A model generated the notes under the pieces. That model searched no databases. It had not been told where the DNA came from and saw nothing but the letters and a program-made list of their open reading frames with translations. A DNA stretch of 64,000 nt from an uncultured Nitrososphaerota archaeon (lineage in GTDB: Archaea; Korarchaeota; Korarchaeia; Korarchaeales; Korarchaeaceae), in assembly GCA_964519515.1 (NCBI GenBank), contig CAZFIJ010000042.1:33-64032 (forward strand). The letters are read 5' to 3'. This document shows, in pieces, positions 60,617 to 64,000 of this stretch (within the stretch, counting starts at the first letter, position 1; the number at the start of each line of letters is the position of its first letter). Made by a program: the position numbers and the translations under genes.

Positions 60617-61280
60617 GGAAGGGCAAGCGAAGCTGAAGAGCTCCCTCGTCGCCATAGTTGGAGCTGGAGGCATAGGATCGCCCCTATCCCTTTACTTAGC
60701 CTCTGCGGGCGTCAATCTAAGGATAATAGATGGGGATTCAGTGAGCTTCAATAATTTACACAGACAGGTACTTTATGGAGAGGAGGATTTAGGGCTCCCG
60801 AAGGCCCTCGTTGCTGAGAGGGAACTGAGGAGGAAGAACTCTGAGATATATGTAGAGGGGATAACTGAGAGATTGACTGAGGAGAACGCTCCTAGGCTCC
60901 TAAGTGGCGTAAATCTCGTCATGGATGCCTCAGATAATTTCAGAACTAGGTATATAATAAACGATTTCTGCATTAGAAATGACATACCATTCGTTTATTC
61001 CGCTATCAATGGCTTCTATTTCGCGATCTCTTTCATAGTCCCTGGAAAGACCGCATGCCTCAGGTGCATCTTCCCCAACGTTGAGGACTCAGGTCCCGTC
61101 CCGGTCATCGGGATGACGCCCGCTTTAGTAGCTTCAATAGCCGCTGCGGAAGCGATAAAGTATATTGTGGGATTAGGGCCTTCCCTCGCGGGAAAGCTCC
61201 TAATAGGTGACCTAAAGGATATGGAATTTACCCATATTAGCGTAAGTAAAAGTAAAAATTGTCCTGTTTGCTCTAAATAA
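60579..61280 (+). CDS. ThiF/MoeB/UbaA-type E1-like adenylyltransferase
   Basis: 233 aa. RYARQLPLIGEEGQAKLKSSLVAIVGAGGIGSP and Zn-site pairs CLRC and CPVC. There is no rhodanese domain. The start overlaps the cutA 3' end. Confidence 0.85.
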   Translation: MLRYARQLPLIGEEGQAKLKSSLVAIVGAGGIGSPLSLYLASAGVNLRIIDGDSVSFNNLHRQVLYGEEDLGLPKALVAERELRRKNSEIYVEGITERLTEENAPRLLSGVNLVMDASDNFRTRYIINDFCIRNDIPFVYSAINGFYFAISFIVPGKTACLRCIFPNVEDSGPVPVIGMTPALVASIAAAEAIKYIVGLGPSLAGKLLIGDLKDMEFTHISVSKSKNCPVCSK

Positions 61281-62807
61281 TTATATTTCATGTATACTTA
61301 GATCGCTATTAAGGAATTTTCTTACCTTCGTTGGGAGGTCCTCCCTCCTCACTCTCACTTGCATCATCGTATCCCTATCCCTCAAAGTGACTGTATCATC
61401 TTCCAGCGTCTGATAATCGATGGTAACACATAGAGGAGTTCCTATCTCATCCATCCTCCTATATCTCCTTCCAATGGTTCCAGAGTCGTCGTAAAATGCG
61501 ATTATACCTTCATTTATGAGATCGTGATAGATCTCCCTCGCCCTCTTCGGTAACTCATCCCTCTTGAGGAGTGGGAATACTCCTACCTCTATAGGAGCTA
61601 TGTTCCTGGGGAGCTGAAGCCATACTCTATCTTCATCCTCCCTATATGCGAGCATCAACTCATGGAGGATAACTCTATCTATGCCTATAGATGGCTCATA
61701 CATGTGAGGTAGGATCTTCCTATTGCTTTCCGGGATCGCTACCCTCAGGTCAATTCCTGAGACTCGCATATGCCCAGAGAGGTCATAATCAGTCCTATAA
61801 GCATTATTTACGAGCTCGATCCAGCCTAGATCCTCAGTATAAACCTCCAGGTCCCAGTGGACGAGCGAGTAATGGGCTTTCTCACCTTCCACCAGTTCCC
61901 TATATCTCAACCTCTCAAGAGGGAAGCCCAGAGTTTCATTGAAGAACCTCTGATAGACGACTAGCCAGTAAGTTATGAGGCTATTAACTGTGTACCCACT
62001 CATTAGGGCCTCTCTCGCTGGTATCTCCACTATCCTTCCGGATTCCCTATCCTCCCTCCTCAGGAACCTGAGCTTATAATCTAAGAAGGGTTCGAGTTTC
62101 TCCCTATATAGCTCATCTGGATTCTCCGGATCGAAGAATATCTGTACCTCAAGCTGTTGGAACTCTCTCATCCTGATAAGCGCTCTCCTAGGGGAGATCT
62201 CATTCCTGAAAACTCTTCCAACCTGACCTAGAGCGAAGGGGAGCTTCCCCCTCATGACTGTGAAGGTCCTCCTGAATTCGACAACACTGCCCTGCGTTGT
62301 CTCAGGCCTAAGAGCGGCATTGGGCTTCGAGGCCTCAGCCCCTACAGCGAGTGTGAACATCAGATTGAAGTTCCTTAGATCACCCCAATCGAATGCCCCA
62401 CAGTTAGGACATTTAAGATTATTTTCTAGGACCATTTTCAAGAGCTGATCGTCAGAAAGACCTTCAAGATTCTCTTCTATTCCTAAAGCCTCTTCTAATA
62501 GCTTGTCAATTCTGAATTTCGAGTGACACCTCCTGCATTCTATGAGCTTATCGAAGAAGTGTTCCAAGTGACCCGATGCCTCAAAAACCTCTATTGGAAG
62601 TACGTTTGGCGTCTCGATCTCATTGACCCCCTCCTTGGTTACTATCTCCCTCCTCCAGAGCCCTATTATCTTCTCCTTCATCCTGACGCCGAGGGGACCA
62701 TAAGTATAGAAGCCAGCCGGGGCGTCTGAATATACCTCCTTCGAGGATGGCCAGAAGAAGCCCCTCCTACTGGATAGCTCTATGACCTTATCGTATACCC
62801 CCTTCAC
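61281..62807 (-). CDS. glyS: glycyl-tRNA synthetase (archaeal/eukaryotic alpha2 type)
   Basis: 508 aa. RRGFFWPS..Y, motif 2 RVFRNEISPRRALIRMREFQQLE, and an anticodon-binding C-terminus. Confidence 0.93.
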   Translation of the reverse strand: MKGVYDKVIELSSRRGFFWPSSKEVYSDAPAGFYTYGPLGVRMKEKIIGLWRREIVTKEGVNEIETPNVLPIEVFEASGHLEHFFDKLIECRRCHSKFRIDKLLEEALGIEENLEGLSDDQLLKMVLENNLKCPNCGAFDWGDLRNFNLMFTLAVGAEASKPNAALRPETTQGSVVEFRRTFTVMRGKLPFALGQVGRVFRNEISPRRALIRMREFQQLEVQIFFDPENPDELYREKLEPFLDYKLRFLRREDRESGRIVEIPAREALMSGYTVNSLITYWLVVYQRFFNETLGFPLERLRYRELVEGEKAHYSLVHWDLEVYTEDLGWIELVNNAYRTDYDLSGHMRVSGIDLRVAIPESNRKILPHMYEPSIGIDRVILHELMLAYREDEDRVWLQLPRNIAPIEVGVFPLLKRDELPKRAREIYHDLINEGIIAFYDDSGTIGRRYRRMDEIGTPLCVTIDYQTLEDDTVTLRDRDTMMQVRVRREDLPTKVRKFLNSDLSIHEI

Positions 62808-63363
62808 CCTCGATCACCCACTTGACTATATCCTCCGGTATCTTGGCCTTCCTAATGAGCTCAAATATGAAATTTTCACCTTTATCTCGGAATTTTCTCA
62901 AAAAGTATTTAACTGTTTCTGCATATTCCCAGAAATAGACCACCCAAGCTTCCGTCTCCTCGGAATAATAATCTGGCTTAAGTTTGCTCCAGGGTTTGTA
63001 ATGCATCGTAGCTATCTTAACCTCAGAAGCGCCTCTCTCGAACAGATGGTCCCTAGCTACGATGAGGCTCTCCCCCGTATCAGCTACATCATCGACAAGT
63101 AGTACCTTCATGCCATCCAGCCTGCAATTTATCGGTTCAACTATCTCAGCCACCTTCTTAGATTCTAAAGCATCGTAATGAACGACTCTCATCACCTTTA
63201 TCTCCCCGATACCGAGGAGGTCGCTTAGCAACCTAGCCAGAACGACCCCTCCCCTCAATATCGCTACTATCAATTCTGGCTCGTACTTAGACTCTACTAT
63301 TTTCTCAGCTATTCTCTTCGCATGGAGTAGGGCATCTTCGGGGCTCACATTTATGAAATCCAT
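62788..63363 (-). CDS. purine phosphoribosyltransferase (hypoxanthine/guanine/xanthine PRT family)
   Basis: PRPP loop VLLVDDVADTGESL. The ORF is open to 63402, but ATG 63363 (MDFINVSPED) abuts the upstream gene's stop and gives the usual length. Confidence 0.8.
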   Translation of the reverse strand: MDFINVSPEDALLHAKRIAEKIVESKYEPELIVAILRGGVVLARLLSDLLGIGEIKVMRVVHYDALESKKVAEIVEPINCRLDGMKVLLVDDVADTGESLIVARDHLFERGASEVKIATMHYKPWSKLKPDYYSEETEAWVVYFWEYAETVKYFLRKFRDKGENFIFELIRKAKIPEDIVKWVIEGEGGIR

Positions 63364-63365
63364 CT

Positions 63366-63656
63366 TCACACCTCCGGGCATGTGCACGGGATCTTCCCGC
63401 ACTTTGGACAGCCTCCACCATACCTCCTAACGAACGCATCCTCCAAATCAATTGAGAGAAGTTCTGAGACACTCAAGAGCCAGGCTAACACATCTGCTAG
63501 CTCATCCTCGGTATTATCTGATTGATTGCTCCTTATAGCTCTAAAAAGCTCTCCAACTTCCTCCCCTAGATGGAGAGCAGTTCCAAATATTCCCCTCTTC
63601 GAATCTCTCTCTCCATAGATCTCCCTGATTAGTCCCTGGGCTTCTTTTATCCTCAT
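63366..63656 (-). CDS. MazG-like nucleotide pyrophosphohydrolase
   Basis: 96 aa. LHLGEEVGELFRAIR and ELADVLAWLL metal-binding helices, and a Cys-rich tail GGGCPKCGKIPCTCP. Confidence 0.7.
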   Translation of the reverse strand: MRIKEAQGLIREIYGERDSKRGIFGTALHLGEEVGELFRAIRSNQSDNTEDELADVLAWLLSVSELLSIDLEDAFVRRYGGGCPKCGKIPCTCPEV

Positions 63657-63671
63657 CCCTCACTACCTTCT

Positions 63672-63836
63672 TTAAATGAGATTGAGAGTTATTACGGCAA
63701 TTCCAGTGGCTATTGATAGGAGAATGGGGAACCACCTCGGTACTTTGAATCCTCCGGCCTCATCTGTACTGAATGAGAGTATTCCAGCTACTGACATCGG
63801 CATGAACCCCTTCTCCCTCTTCTTCACCTTAGGCAT
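63672..63836 (-). CDS. secG: preprotein translocase subunit Sec61-beta/SecG (archaeal)
   Basis: 54 aa from the internal ATG. MPKVKKREKGFMPMSVAGILSF...WFPILLSIATGIAVITLNLI has a basic N-terminus and a single C-terminal TM helix. Confidence 0.7.
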   Translation of the reverse strand: MPKVKKREKGFMPMSVAGILSFSTDEAGGFKVPRWFPILLSIATGIAVITLNLI

Positions 63837-63897
63837 GATGACCCCCGAGGCTATGCCCTCAATAAAAATAAATTCTTCCAATCGTGAGCTTGATGTG

Positions 63898-64000
63898 ATG
63901 AGGTTCAGATACGGCAACGGTATCGAAATAGAGTGCGGAGAGAGGATACTAATAGATCCAAAGAGGGCCATTGAGGGGATTCCAGTTCTGATATCACATG
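63898..64000 (+). CDS. N-terminal fragment of a metallo-beta-lactamase-fold hydrolase (runs off the window)
   Basis: MRFRYGNGIEIECGERILIDPKRAIEGIPVLISH resembles an MBL-fold N-terminus leading into the HxHxDH motif. CAATAAAAATAAATTC TATA-like element lies ~30 nt upstream. Confidence 0.4.
   Translation, partial: MRFRYGNGIEIECGERILIDPKRAIEGIPVLISH

Noticed and set aside
1-64000. Search for CRISPR arrays, cas genes, transposases, integrases, MITE-like long repeats, toxin-antitoxin pairs and defence islands.
   Set aside because: I saw no direct-repeat/spacer periodicity, no long repeated DNA segments and no mobile-element or defence-type protein motifs in any frame. The window looks like core chromosome.

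Overview
This is a dense archaeal chromosomal segment with about 70 genes on both strands, many of them abutting or overlapping. The gene content points to a TACK-type (Thermoproteota- or Korarchaeota-like) hyperthermophile: GatD/GatE, archaeal DnaG, two family-B DNA polymerases, RadA, eS17/eS26, an orphan 5S rRNA, a Thg1-like enzyme, a protein disulfide oxidoreductase and porGDAB. I cannot name the organism from the sequence alone. Most genes are housekeeping: aminoacyl-tRNA synthesis (gatDE, proS, ileS, aspS, glyS), tRNA modification (thiI, ncsA/ttuA-like, thg1-like), a uL22-uS3-uL29-Rpp29-uS17 mini-cluster, replication and repair (polB x2, dnaG, radA, ogg), the mevalonate-pathway entry operon, nucleotide metabolism and a 2-oxoacid:ferredoxin oxidoreductase. 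I saw no CRISPR array, transposase, integrase, tRNA gene or obvious defence island. Promoters appear as short ATTTAAA-type TATA boxes about 25-30 nt upstream of start codons, which suggests many leaderless mRNAs; several divergent gene pairs share or interleave them. The points most worth follow-up are: (1) the thiolase-fold gene inside the HMGCS-thiolase-DUF35 operon has lost every thiolase catalytic fingerprint; (2) a LysW-like zinc-ribbon protein carries a triplicated acidic Trp/Phe tail and has no LysX neighbour; (3) a candidate H/ACA guide RNA lies upstream of dnaG; (4) a possible Urm1/SAMP-type thiolation set has unusual parts: a beta-grasp protein without a C-terminal Gly-Gly next to NcsA/TtuA, a CTU2-like degenerate PP-loop paralogue, and a stand-alone E1-like enzyme; (5) the Rpp29 gene has a conserved N-terminus upstream of any canonical start codon. 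There are also several predicted pseudoenzymes: an exonuclease-motif-less PolB paralogue, a DHH/DHHA1 protein and an SOR-like fusion. All calls rest on reading motifs in the translated ORFs; no database search was run.
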